The translations under genes and the position numbers were made by a program. Source: Chrysomallon squamiferum (Eukaryota; Animalia; Mollusca). Taken from it: a DNA stretch of 64,000 bases. Shown in pieces: positions 26,572 to 40,598 of this stretch. Every line of letters starts with the position of its first letter. Position 1 is the stretch's first letter. Under the pieces are notes generated by a model that searched no databases, was not told the DNA's origin, and saw nothing but the letters and a program-made list of their open reading frames with translations. The stretch is taken from assembly GCA_012295275.1 (NCBI GenBank), contig CM022671.1, positions 5,952,001-6,016,000 of the forward strand, in the 5' to 3' direction.

Positions 26572-27812
26572 CTATGAAATGATGCAGCTCTCGGTTTTCG
26601 ACTGAGCTGTCACCGACTTCTCAAGTTCGTCTCCCTGACTGTGTGTTGTTGTCTGGATGCACGACCTCGCCTTTGTCTGTCGCATAACTACAGCTTCTTG
26701 TGAACCAGCAACAGCAACGTCAACGTCAGAGAGTCTGGCATCCAGTTTACTGACGCCATCTTGGTTTCCCAGCTTACCCTTTTCATCACCGTGGTTAAAT
26801 TCTTTGTTCTTTACGTCATGCTGATGACCCTCTTTGTCATAGAGCTTACCCTTCATCATCATTTCATCATCGTGTCCAGTCTTATTTTCCACTTTAAAGT
26901 CGACTTCATCATCTTTTCTCATTTTTTTCAAAACGTCTTCTACTGAGGACTGTGAATCAACAATCGCAGATTTTTCAACGTTTGTGTTTCCCGCATTTGA
27001 AGAAGAAGTGAAAGTCTTCTCATTTCCTGATTCCAGCAGCTCTGAATCTTCACTGATTTGCTCCTCTTCATGACAGGAAACCTCCTCAGAGATGTCAGAA
27101 CTCGACGCTTTTCTCGACTCGGCGCTGTCAAAGTCGTCTGACGTGTCCGTATCATCCGCGTGTCTGACAGAAAAAGACGAATCATGATGATGTTCACTTT
27201 GACTGACGTCTTTACAACATCTCTTTTCGCTGACGTCTTTGTTGTCGTCTGGTGCCTTCAGTTTACCTTTGAACCACTCCACAGAGTCGTCTTTGACAAC
27301 GACGACAGCTCCGTGTTCATCACAAACGTCCTCAAAGTTCAGTTCATCAATGTTTTCTTTTCTCTTTGAGGACTGTCCTGGCGAAGATACTGACCCGCAG
27401 TCGTGTTCATCGTCAGATTCCGACACAGAAACAATTCCAGGATTATCAAACTCGTCAAAAAGTTTCTGTACAGATCCATTTTTCCCTGGCTCAGCTCTTT
27501 CTCTCGAAGCAGACGGGCTGGTTTGCAATATTTTACAAATCGAAAGTGAAAGTTGTTCACCATCCTGATCGTTAGCTGTAGACGTTTCACCAACAACTGT
27601 ATCAGTTTCTTTGTTAACGTGTTTTTCAGAAGCTGAATGATTGGCAGTATTTAAACAAGGAGCAGAGATTGGTTTCGTGTTCTGGTTTCGTTTCTGAATT
27701 TTTACGTTATCTCCAGGTAAACCCACCTGAGATTGACTTTTAACTGGCGTTTTCTCACAACTTCTAGATTTGTTGACGTTGCCAGGTTCTTGTTCCGAAT
27801 TGTTACTTTCAT
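26572..27812 (-). CDS. Terminal exon of an uncharacterised acidic, Ser/Asp/Glu/Lys-rich, probably disordered protein with a C-terminal CAAX motif (CIIS); upstream exon not identified
   Basis: About 1.24 kb stop-free frame in a GC-richer island. Acceptor ttattcctgtttttCAG ends at 27813 (phase 1). No ATG near the 5' end (the ORF-track start is a TTG in the intron). Ends ...AQSKTESCIIS-TAG. Confidence 0.8.
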
Positions 27813-28910
27813 CTGAAAAACAGGAATAAAAAAAACCCAATATGAAGTTGAAAAAGATTAATTTTTACCTCACAGATACAGGAGCAAGAATTCTCATTTA
27901 TTTTCAGTTCCGAGCCATAATCCTGAAGTAAAATAAATAAATATAAAATAAAATAAAATAAAATGAAATGAAACTAAATAATAATAATAAAAATAAAGTC
28001 AAATAAAATAAAATAAAATATGTTAAAATAAAATAAATAAAATAAATAAAATAAACAAAATAAAATAATAAATAAAATTAAATTAAAATAAATAAATAAA
28101 TAAAAAAGTAAAAAAAAAGTAAAAAAAGGGAAAGAAAAGAAAAGAGTGTAAAGCTACATTTTCTCCCACACAGAAGCGCAGAAGGATTATTAAAGATTTA
28201 TCAAAAATTTCCCTTCTCGTAACCGAATCAGTCAGAGAGTGTGTGTGTGTGTGGGGGGAGAGCTATGTAAAACTTGTATACGTAATCTTGTCGACTTGGA
28301 AACGTCAATCTGTATGACGCGGAGCATCTCACTTAGACAGGGGCAGGTAACTATGAAAGAACAGACTTGGTTAAAGGATCAATTAACTATAAGGCAGCAG
28401 GATCAACAATACTTAACTAAAAACTGCGAATAACGTAATGTTCCTTTCAACTTTATTACTTCTTTAAAACAGCGAGGCGGATACAGAATTTTTTTCTACC
28501 ACTTTCGTTCTTGTTTGTTATAATTATACTTATAAAACCTTCTGAAGTGAAAATTAACTTGACGTTCCTGTTAAAAAGTTACTACGGTATTCCTCTGATT
28601 AGATTTCAGTGAAGACTGTAATATTCATTTCACGTTTATTACTTGATAAACTGCAGTAAGGGATCATAAAAAGTTGATAGGCTGTTAAACTTCCCGTTTA
28701 TGATCATCAGACTTAGCATGAATACTTTTTTTTTTTCTTCTTTAGTTTGTGTGTTAGTTTTTTAAATTTTTTTATTATTTATTTATTTATTTATTATTAT
28801 TGCATGTATTTTATTATTACTGATACTGTTATTATTACTACTACTACTACTACTACTACCACCACAACAACTACTACTACTACTACTACTACTGCTGCTA
28901 CTACTATTAC

Positions 28911-28960
<50 letters not shown>

Positions 28961-30560
28961 TAATTTATATATTTATATAATTAAGCTTTCAGACTTGTCC
29001 TACACGCCTCTGTAAACAAAACGCTTCACAGAGCTTTGAACTAGTTTCATTTAAATCGCCAGCTTTTTTTTGTTTTTGGTGGGGTTTTTTTTTTTTTGTT
29101 CTTCATGGCTTTTTTCTTACGACTATTACCATTTCATTTAGTGCGTGACGCTGAAATACGAGCTGTGAAAATGAGAAAAACAGATCTGGAACTCAGTAAA
29201 ACGTTCAACAGGAACATTAAAAAATTACAAATCACTTGTTACTTCTCTCAATCTGATAACCCACTTTTTAACTGACAAACACAGAACGTTTTTATTATTT
29301 CTTCTTTACCATTATAATCATCATCATCATCATAATTTGGTATCTTTTCCCTTATAACTGATATTTTTATTTTTATTATTTCGTTTCGTTATATTTTATT
29401 TGTCTTTCCATGTAGTCAGAAATATTCTTACCCTACGAATTTTCAGAAAGAAAGAAGAAAACAACAACAACAAAACAAACTAAAAATAATAATAATAAAA
29501 ATGCTAAATTTTATTTCTTTCAGAAAGTTCAGAAAAGGTTTAAGAAAAACGATGCTAATATGTACACAAAAAAAAAAAAGAAAAAAGAAATGGCAGCTAG
29601 CATGACATTTTACCTTACAGTCTCAAATGAAATACTGTCAGAAGATTAATTTAACAAGATTAATATAATGTTAGTATGAGATTACGTCATTAGTAAGTTA
29701 TTAACTTATGTCTCATGTAAATAGGGTTCACTCCCACCTAACCTAAAACTTAAAAAATCTGTCGCCCACATAGCCAAAATGATGTTGGGAGACCTGGGCC
29801 AAATGTTTTGATAGTAAATTGGTATTAAGGGCTATGGTCCGTTTTTTATATTAAGTGAATATAGCTCAGTAGACAGCAGTACTCTGGTAGTGATGCTGAT
29901 GAGTGTATATGAGTGAATAAAATTCAGGGAAAATTAACTTTCGTATTTTATCATTACACCCAGTTCTACATTAATTTTTGAACTGTTTCAATGCACATGT
30001 CTGTTAGTGAATAAATAAATGAATGAATGAATGAATAAATCATTTGTGTCGATGTCGAAATGAAGGTGGGTTTTTTTTTTTTTTTTTTTTTCATTACACC
30101 CAGAGTATCATCCGATACTCACGAGAATCATGGAAACTAGCCATCCCTTTTAGGGACAACACTGATGTCCAGAGATATTGATACAGACTATAACACGAAT
30201 TAAAAAAAAGCCTGACCAAAGTTAATCCAGTATCACCCAACTCCCGTCTAGCCAAAACCCAGTCTTGTTGTAATAGATTGATTTGGTTAGGTTTTTGACT
30301 CGGTGGAAGGACACTACAAGTAGTATGATATTAAACAGTGGATTGAACGGTGAGACTGTTTTCTCAACAACAAACCTCGATGTCGCACTGATCAAATACC
30401 TTTTAAGACAATTTTACCTTATTAATTAATTAACTGAGGTGATTAAATATCATTACGTTATTAATAAATGCATCATATCATACCATTAACATTATTAATA
30501 AATAAATAAAAAATAATAATAAAAAAACAATATGTATTTAATAATTGCTGCTCCTTTCTC

Positions 30561-30625
30561 GGCTAAGCTCAGTGGTAGAGAGGTTAAACCATTTACTTTA
30601 AGACTGCTAGGTTCTTCGATCTTAT
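30561..30625 (+). mobile_element. Degenerate tRNA-derived SINE head or tRNA pseudogene fragment
   Basis: AGCTCAGTGGTAGAG (A-box/D-arm-like, 30566-30580) and GGTTCTTCGATC (B-box-like, 30610-30621); no complete cloverleaf. Confidence 0.35.
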
Positions 30626-30777
30626 CTTGACACAGAAATGTGACTATCACAGTTAGCGTAACAGTGATTCGTAATTTACTAAAATTACGTTAGAAAGTTA
30701 TTTGAGATTCAGTTAAAGCTGTCCCTTCTCTCTCAAATAAATTTAAAAAAAAAAAAAAATAAAAAAAATAAATTAGA

Positions 30778-30831
<54 letters not shown>

Positions 30832-31415
30832 TAATAAATAAAAAATAATAAAAAATAATAAATAAATAAATAAAACAATTAAAAATAAAATAAATTAATA
30901 TAAAACACAACAAAATAAATAAAAATAAAAAATAAAATAAATAACTAATAAATAAAAATTTTTTTTTTTTTTTTTTTTTTTAAATTTATTTTATGCTCCC
31001 CCACGAAGCTAAGCGTGTATCCTGACGACACGTTTTTAAGCTGAGTATTTTATAAAAAACACATCTCAAACAGCTGTTGGCAGTTTGATTGTTCTCAGCT
31101 TCCTCTGATTACCTCGCTTCTCTCGTTTTTATATATATATTTTTTTTTCTTGTTCCTTTCAAAGAAACGTTTTTCTTCAAACAGATACAAATCTGAAACT
31201 TCTGTAAGAACAGATTTAAACTGGAAGCCATTTTTTTTTTTTTTTTTTTTTTTCTCTTCTCTATCTAATTACTTGTAATAGTTTTGCTGAAATCCAAAAC
31301 GGAGGTAGGATAATTAAATCAATACTGATTAAATCTAAATCTCTGTATTTAGAAAATTTAAGAAAAGTGTGCGAGGGCAGAACGAAGACTAAAGAAATAA
31401 ACTGAAAAAATGGGG

Positions 31416-31465
<50 letters not shown>

Positions 31466-31730
31466 AATAAAACTGTTATATATTATAGAAAAAAAAAAAT
31501 ATCATTTTACTTATTTATATTTCTTGGTACTGTAGTTTCGTAAATTCCGCATTTAAAGAAGAAGAAGAAATAAAAAATACTTGGACCACACACCAGTGAA
31601 TACTTTATATGATGTTTGTGTCTGTATTTATTTTTCTTTCGTTGTGTAAACAGATTTTTGTAAACATTATCAGGTTTCAAGATTTTATTTATTTTCTGTT
31701 ATTATATTAGCGCAGTAGCCAAGTTTCATG

Positions 31731-31889
<159 letters not shown>

Positions 31890-33173
31890 TAATAACAATA
31901 ATAATATAATATAATAATATAATAATAATAATAATAAATAAATAAATAAATAAATAATTAAAAAAATAATAATAACAAACACTTCTTCAAAAAAGTGAAA
32001 AATAATAATAAATACGATAACGACAATACAAAAAAAAAAACGACAACAAACGTTTTCCCCAATCTTACTAATAACACTCGTCCACAACACCACAAAAAAA
32101 AAATAAAACACAAACAAACACAAAACGATGTGTTAAAACTTGTATTGTAATGAGCATGACACATTGTACTTGACATGACAGAGGGTAAAAACAAAAACGA
32201 AAAAGTTCTGTACAATGAATATATTAATAAATAGATTTGTACACGTCTATGTACAATGAAAAGTTGATCAAGTACACAAGGCTAACAGCAAAGAGGCACT
32301 ACACAGCAGAAATAAAACTCAACACAAAATCTCTACTCGAATTTTCTCCTGTAGAAATGAGCAGACTTCGTTCTTGACAAACGAAAATTTATTTATTTAT
32401 TTATTTATTTATTATTAATCTTATTACCATTGTATATATTATTATCCATTTATCTTTATTATTGTAATTATTATTATCGTCATTACCGTTATTATTACTT
32501 TTATAATTAATACCATCTTTCTTTAAGTCGTTATTATTAATTGTATTATTAATATTATTATAATTATTGTTGTTGTTATTGTTCTTATTGTCGTTGTTAT
32601 TGTTCTTATTGTCGTTGATATTTGTTGTTTTTATATATTTCACTATTATTGCGACCATTCGTATTTTTAAACATTATTTTTTACTGTTTTTATTTTTACT
32701 GTTATATTTATTATTAAAACACAAAAGTAAAAAAATGTTCAGATTTAACTTAACAAAATTTAAGTATAATCTCCAAAAATTCTTCACATTTCAGACCATT
32801 GTTATTAGTTAAATAATATCATTCTTCATAAATTTAGAAAAAACTGAGTCTCAAGACATTGCTAATGTTTCTGAAAATACACAAACACTTCTTCACTTCA
32901 TCCATTATGCATGCACTTTTGTGACCTTGTTCGAATCCACCATCACTTCTTTGTAAATAATTTGTAAAATATGTTTGTAGTTTTCTGTTTAAAATATATT
33001 AAATTATTTCTGACATGGTTATTGGATTTAACATTTGAAGAAATAAATTTCACTTATTAATTCTTTGAAAATCTTTTTATTTTTTATTTTTTTTAATTTA
33101 TATTATTATTATTATTTGTTTATGTGATTGTGATGTACTAACTACTGAATTATCATGAAATGTTTATTATTAC

Positions 33174-33215
<42 letters not shown>

Positions 33216-33589
33216 CAATACTATTACTATTAGTATTACTACTTATTTTTATTATTTAAATACTATTATTATTACTATATTATTATTATTATTATTACTA
33301 TTATTATTATTATTATTATTAATTCTATTGCTTTATATATCTGATTACTATCAATCTTACTTTCATACATCTTTATAATAACTGATATTAAAAAGGACAA
33401 ATCTATTCTGTGAGAAATGAAGGACAATTCTGAAAGAAGATGATAAATGCAAACAGTCTTTTTTATACAAAATATACACACTATGTACAATATGACAAAT
33501 GAGATACACGTGACAAGGAGAAAACCTGCTTCTATGTACAACAGTTTAATAATAACTTGTGGAGATTAGTTCAACTCATCTATGTTCAC

Positions 33590-33935
33590 ACATAATTCAT
33601 TTTTCACTCAGAAAGAACATAATTCATTTTTCACTGTGTTCATACACGAACGTATAAATATTTCATTTTGTGTTATGTTCATACATGTACATATAGATAT
33701 TTCATTTTGAACTACATTCATATATGAACATTTAAATATTTCATTTTTTTATGTTCATATATGAATGTATAAATATTTCATTTTTTACGTTCATACACGA
33801 AATTATGAATATTTCACTTTAAATTACATTCATATATGTCAATTATAAATATTTCATTTTGTTCATATATGAACATGTAAATATTTTGCTTTAAACTTGG
33901 TTCATATATGAACAAATATTTCATTTTATGCTATG
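33590..33935. repeat. Degenerate minisatellite of about 35-40 bp
   Basis: Recurring TTCATATATGAAC...AAATATTTCATTTT. Confidence 0.7.
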
Positions 33936-36319
33936 CTCAGACAGTCAAATTTTCAAACTATTATCAGTGTAACTCTACATGTATATCTTTCTTATCTACT
34001 TTTTATGTGTGTCTAACAGACTTCATAAAGTATCAGTTGAATTAGAACTTTTCTGGAAGAGGTCAGTTTAAATAAAAAATTATAATAATAATAAAAAAAG
34101 AATATATAAACATAAATATAAGTAAATAAAAAAAAAAAAAAAAAAAAAAATAAAAATCCATATTTTTTTTAAGACATTTCTGTAGAATTCAGACCTTGGT
34201 TCCAACAAACAACTTTCTTGAACAGAAATTTCACAGCTGAATAAAAACATTTGTCTAAAAACAGACATCAAAACTTGTTATGTTTTTCCTCTGTTTACAT
34301 ACTAAGAATATAATCTTTTTCTACCTATTTTTGTTTTTTTATTTTGCACATTTTAATTTTTCTGAAACCCAAGAAATCTACAGAAATGCCTGTCAAGTAC
34401 TTTTTAAATCTTGTACAAATATTTACGACTTTTGAGTTTCAGGAACTTAATACCCACTACATTCATGTCTAAACATAACAAACGAGAAAAAAAAAAAAAA
34501 AAAAATTTTAAGAACTAAACCTCAGTATTTTGTCTAGACCACACAAATATAAATTTATTTTTCTACAGATCAGTAACTATCAATATATTTTTTTTATATA
34601 CACATAAAATAACAGTTTAATGAAAATAATCTCTTTAAAACAAACAGCAAATCAGTCTGAGAATGAGCAAAATGTTGAGATATGCAGTTAATGGTTGATT
34701 ATAGTTTCTTTACACCAAGCATAAAATATAGGAAAATATTTTTAAATAGTCTTGTAACCATGACAACAGGGAATGCAACAAGGTCATATCACAAGGAGAC
34801 AGAATTGTGATCAAAATGGCAATGATGTAGATTTTGTTTTTGTTGTTTGAAAAAAAAAAAAAAAATTGAAGATTCATGTTGATCTTGTTGTCTGTTGTAT
34901 TGAAATTGTGTTAAGTAATGTGGTTCATAAAAATTAAATATTTGTATTTAATTTTGGGGTGTAAATGTGTAATTTTTATAAACATGTTTGCTACTGTATT
35001 TTAGCAAAAAAAAGAAATCTTACTGCAATTTAAAAAAAAATAATAATAAAAATTAAAATTAAAAAAAAATAAAAAAATAAATAAAACCAGCCCCAAAAGG
35101 TTTATAATCATAAAAATAATATTTTATGTTTAACATATTTATCAAATTTTATATTATTCATTTTAAACAAATGCTTGCTTTTTCACATTTTTAAATTTGT
35201 TTTGGTAAACTCATGAAAATTTGATCTTTGATAATTATAAAACATAAACAACAAAGCTATTTTAACAAACAAACTAAAAGTAATATTCAAAAAATTAAGA
35301 ATGCATCTATAATCTTAAATAATAAATAGCTCACAAAATGGGATTACATTTTTTATATATTTACGTGTGTTTTATAGTTTTGGCAACATTAATAAATAAA
35401 AAGTATAATAAATTTTTGCATGTAATACATATATGTGTGTATATGTGTGTATATATCTATATATATCTATATTTATTTGTTTAAGTGGTTTACAAACAAG
35501 CTCAAGACACAAAACCCTGAGATGTAACGACACAGAGGGAAACTTTAATTACTTTTACAATCCTATTTGATTATTTTATGTGGATGTTTCTGACAGGAAC
35601 TGAAACATAATCATCTTATCATGGCAGTCGGTGATGATTCTGAATGATACTGAGAGAAAACTTCAAGCCAGATTCGAATGAAACAAGATTCAAAGATCTT
35701 TGGCAAACATTTTTTAAATATAAGTTTTTTTGCAAATCATAGGGTAAAATGTGTACATTTTTACTTTTTTTCTTCTAAAATCTAAATGATTATTATTTAA
35801 ATTTTTAATTATTGTTTTCATTTGCTATACCATAATATTAAAATGTTCTGAAGTTAAAATTATTAATAATTTTAACTAACAATAATGAGTGAATCTAAAA
35901 AATATTTTTTATTTTATTTTATCATCATCATCATCATCATTACTATAATAATAATAATAATAATAATAATAATTATTATTATTATTATTACTAATGTATA
36001 TAAAAATGTAACCTATTTCTCCTATGGTTTGCAAAAAACGATGTTATCACTCCAAATTGTCACAAAAGACTGATCCAACACAGACCAGTCGCTGTAGAAT
36101 AATTTGCTACCATCACGTTATTAAACTTATTATTTTTTACTTTTTTATTTTTTTTGGAATGATGCTTAGGAAAAACAGTTCTGAAATCACAGGACGAAAA
36201 ACTCGGAGGTAAAAAAAAACAACGTCAACCACCATCAGCCAAAAACAGCAAAACGACATGCAGTGCATGAAATGATGGAATGAGGAGCGACATGGAGCGA
36301 GATCGAACCCAACAGGTCT

Positions 36320-36366
36320 TCAGAATGTCTGTTCATCATCACAGTCTTCTGTCCAATGACCAAACA
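36320..36366 (-). CDS. CLIP1: CLIP-170/CLIP1 last coding exon (end of zinc knuckle 2 and acidic-aromatic tail)
   Basis: Acceptor tctgtttgCAG. Reads (M)FGHWTEDCDDEQTF-TGA, matching the vertebrate CLIP-170 C-terminus pattern (FGHW...C.DDETF). Confidence 0.93.
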
Positions 36367-37530
36367 CTGCAAACAGAAACAGAAGGCAAAACCACAAGTT
36401 GCATGTCAGCTCAGTGAGGTGACAGTAATGAGGTTATATGTGTGTCTGTGTGTGTGACAATGAGGTTAGTCCGACAAATGTGAGGTTAATGTACATGCAA
36501 TGGTAACAAAGAAGTTTAAATTTTTTTTGTATGTAAAAAAAAAAAAAAATAAAAAATAAAAATAATGTATCATATTATTATTTGTTGGTGAGGGTATATT
36601 TTTAGAAACAACAAAAGTTATATGTATTTATAAATTTGGTTGTTTCTAAAAAAATATACCTTTACCAACAAATAAAGTAAATGATTTAATTTTTTTATTT
36701 TGTAACATCACAGTTTACAAAGAAATGTAAACAAAAAACAAAATTAAAAAAATACAATAATAGTATTAAGTGAAAAATAATAAATAATAAAAACATAAAA
36801 ATATAACAAAAACAAAATGATAATAATAATAATAATAATAACAACAATAATAATAATTAAAATATTGAAAAAAATAAAGCCAAAAATATCATTTTTAATT
36901 TTTGTTTTAAAAAATTAAAAAGAAGTAAACATTAGAAATAATAAAATGAAAATGAACAAACAAAAAAAAAAAAATATATATTTTCTTCATGATTTTGTAT
37001 AAATATTATTATTGTTATTTCTTATGAATATTAATCAGATGAATACAAGAAAAAATGCAAGACAGTGCACAAGGAACAAACTTAAATAATAAAAAATGAT
37101 TTTAAATGAACTGAATATATGGAATTATTACTTTTAACTGAATACATATAACAATAAGAACATCCATGTTAAAAAATAAAATTATACAATCTACAGTAAA
37201 GTAGAAATATTATCATACTTTATTGTTAGTAAAGAACATCAGCCTAAAATAAAATATTTTATATACTTCCAAGCAACTGATCTTTTTACTTTCTGTTACT
37301 GTAATATCATTATCATACTTTATGTTTAGTCAAGAATGCTAGTCTATAACAGTATCATGGAACTATGCACTATGTATTTAAGCTGTTTCTATGGTAACAG
37401 CCATTTAAACTGTAATATAGCATTCTGCACATCAGGGACCCCCTGTAAATAAATAAATAAATAAAAACCGCAACGCAATAATAAATAATCTAAATACGTA
37501 AAGAAATAAATAACGAAATTTCAAACTTAC

Positions 37531-37697
37531 TTTCACAAATATCACAGTATGGTCTGATCTGGTTCTTGTCGCCGTGGTAATGGGTCGCAGGGAGGTCATC
37601 TGACATGGCCTGCTTTGGACAGTCGTCAGTGTCATGTTGGTCAAACACGTCACAGATGTCACAGAACAGTCTGGGTGGAGCTCGCACACGCACAGGT
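37531..37697 (-). CDS. CLIP1: CLIP-170/CLIP1 zinc-knuckle exon
   Basis: [55 protein letters not shown]: CCHC knuckles typical of CLIP-170. Boundaries CAG and A|GTAAGT. Confidence 0.95.
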
Positions 37698-37714
37698 CTG
37701 CAATGAAATAACTC

Positions 37715-38665
37715 ATCATTGTTTATTACTGTTGTTAATATTATTGTTTATTACTGTTGTTAATATTATTATTTATTACTGTTGTTAATATTATTATTTA
37801 TTACTGTTGTTAATATCATTGTTATTACTGTTGTTAATATTATTGTTATTACTGTTGTTAATATTGTTTATTACTGTTGTTAATATTATTGTTTATTACT
37901 GTTGTTAATATTATTGTTATTACTGTTGTTAATATTATTATTTATTACTGTTGTTAATATCATTGTTATTACTGTTGTTAATATCATTGTTTATTACTGT
38001 TGTTAATATCATTGTTATTACTGTTGTTAATATTATTGTTATTACTGTTGTTAATATCATTGTTTATTACTGTTGTTAATATTATTGTTATTACTGTTGT
38101 TTATTATTGTTTATTACTGTTGTTAATATCATTGTTTATTACTGTTGTTAATATCATTGTTTATTACTGTTGTTAATATCATTATTTATTACTGTTGTTA
38201 ATATTATTGTTTATTACTGTTGTTAATATTATTATTTATTACTGTTGTTAATATTATTATTTATTAGTGTTATTACTGTTGTTAATATTATTGTTTATTA
38301 CTGTTGTTAATATTATTATTTATTACTGTTGTTAATATTATTATTTATTACTGTTGTTAATATCATTGTTTATTACTGTTGTTAATATTATTATTTATTA
38401 CTGTTGTTAATATTATTATTTATTACTGTTGTTAATATCATTGTTTATTACTGTTGTTAATTTATTTATTACTGTTGTTAATATTATTATTTATTACTGT
38501 TGTTAATATTATTGTTTATTACTGTTGTTAATATTATTATTTATTACTGTTGTTAATATTATTATTTGTTATTGTTATTAATATTATTATTTATTAATGT
38601 TCTTAATATTATTATTTATTAGTGTTATTACTGTTATTAATAATATTGTTTTATTACTGTTGTTA
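37715..38665. repeat. Minisatellite, 24-25 bp unit, about 37 copies, in the CLIP1 intron next to the zinc-knuckle exon acceptor
   Basis: TATTGTTTATTACTGTTGTTAATAT repeated with a 25-bp period (e.g. 37728, 37753). Confidence 0.95.
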
Positions 38666-39055
38666 TATTATTTAAAACAAGTTACCAGTAATAAATATTT
38701 AATTATTATATTTTTAATATTGTTTTATTTTCAAATTTGTTATACTTTTAATTCATTTTATTTTTTTTATTTTTTTTTTTGTTATTCATTTATAAAAAAA
38801 GTTAAAAATATAAAAATTTTTTGTGTTTATTTTCAAAAAATTCATTTTATTTTTTATTTTTAAGACTTAATGAAAAAATATAAAAACAAAAAGAAATGAA
38901 AGAAATTATAATACAAAAATAAAGACATGCATGAAGTAACATAAAAAGTATCATAAACTAACAGTGAAAAAAAATTTAACACTGCACTAAAAAGTGAATA
39001 AATAAAATTGATTTAGTTGAGAGTAAAATAATAATAAATAAAATAAAAAACTTAC

Positions 39056-39177
39056 GAAGTCTCCATCAAGACATCTCCAGCTCCATTGACAACCCCCATC
39101 TCCATCACTTCCAGCCTCATCTTCATCTCCTCATGTTTCTTCTGCATGTCACCTATCACCGAGTTGAGAAAGGAAAT
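39056..39177 (-). CDS. CLIP1: CLIP-170/CLIP1 exon (end of coiled coil)
   Basis: ISFLNSVIGDMQKKHEEMKMRLEVMEMG resembles the conserved CLIP-170 QIDFLNSVIVDLQRKN segment. Donor TC|GTAAGT. Confidence 0.93.
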
Positions 39178-39294
39178 CTGTAATAACAACAATAATAATA
39201 ATAGTAATAATAATAATAGTAATAATAATAATAATAATAGTAATAATAATAACAAGTAATAATAATAACAATAATAGTAATAACAATAACAATA

Positions 39295-39367
<73 letters not shown>

Positions 39368-39951
39368 CAATAATAATAGCAATAATAATAATAATAACAG
39401 TAATAGTAATAATAATAATTATAATAGTAATATAATAATAATAATAGTAATACTAGTAATAACAATATTAATAATAATAGTAATAATAATAATAACAAAA
39501 CAATAATAGTAATAATAACAATAACAATAGTAATAATAATAAAAATAATAATAATAATAAAAATAACAATAACAACAAAAAACAAGAATAGTAAAAATCA
39601 CAATAGTACCAACAATAACAATATAATAACAACAACAATAACAATGATAATAATAATTTTAATAATGTTAATTACTAATGTTTGTTAAACATAATCACAC
39701 AGATAATATTAAGAGCTAATTATAATAATTTTAAAAGTATTAAAAACAGCAGAGGCATTGATTTAATATTGTAACAACAATGCTAGTAATAATTTTATTA
39801 GTAATTTCAAACAAAAAGAAAAAAGAAAAAAAAAAAAGAAGAAATCTTACCCTATTAAATAAAATATAAATATGCTAGGTGTAAATACAGTTGAAATGAA
39901 AGAACAAAAGACTAGGAAAGTTAATTAAAATAATTTACAAGTATAACACAC

Positions 39952-39995
39952 CTGTTGTTCTTTTTCTAGCAACGTTCTATTCAGATCAGAATCAC
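39952..39995 (-). CDS. CLIP1: CLIP-170/CLIP1 44-nt exon
   Basis: tgtgtttCAG|(G)DSDLNRTLLEKEQQ|GTGTGT; phase 1 to 0 fits both neighbours. Confidence 0.8.
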
Positions 39996-40136
39996 CTGAA
40001 ACACAGTTAAATTAATTAAGGTATTTTAAAACACATTATGTGAACTGCATGTTAAATAAAGGCAATATACATACATACATATATATATATAAAATAAATC
40101 CAAAAAAATAAATCAATACAAAATAAATAAAATGGA

Positions 40137-40171
<35 letters not shown>

Positions 40172-40429
40172 ATGGATAAATAAATAAAAAAAAAAAAAAA
40201 AAAATAAAAATTCAAAATAAAAATAAAAAAAATAAAAAGGTAATACAAGATCTTTAACAGATAACTGCAAACAAAAATCTTTGTGATCTTGAGTGTGGCT
40301 TTCCTGTCTGATATATGATTGTTCAAAACAATCCAAATAAAATAATTTAATATTATAAGTCTGAGATACCATCAAACTTGCTTACTACATGTTAAACACT
40401 CTGCTGATTTAAAAACCTCAAACATGTAC

Positions 40430-40598
40430 CTGATGTGTCAATGTTGTTTGCATTGTTTCGGATTTCCAGTGTCTCAAACTCGAGCTTGTGAATTCTGTCC
40501 ATCAACTCATTCTTCTGTCGTTCTTTGTCCTTCTCCAGCTCTGCGAGAGATTTCTTCAGTTCCGACAGTGACAGGTTTTCATTCTGTAGATCACTCAC
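40430..40598 (-). CDS. CLIP1: CLIP-170/CLIP1 coiled-coil exon
   Basis: ctctgattaCAG|VSDLQNENLSLSELKKSLAELEKDKERQKNELMDRIHKLEFETLEIRNNANNIDTS G|GTACAT; phase 0 to 1. Confidence 0.85.

Noticed and set aside
27869-27922. 54-nt candidate exon just upstream of the CAAX exon
   Set aside because: The frame needed to join the long ORF contains TGA stops, and it implies only a 56-nt intron.
30561-30625. Functional tRNA gene
   Set aside because: Only A- and B-box-like pieces are present, without acceptor or anticodon stems; kept as a low-confidence SINE-like fragment.
31113-31231. ATG-initiated 39-codon frame with a donor, as first exon of the CAAX gene
   Set aside because: It ends in phase 2, so splicing to 27812 gives an immediate TGA.
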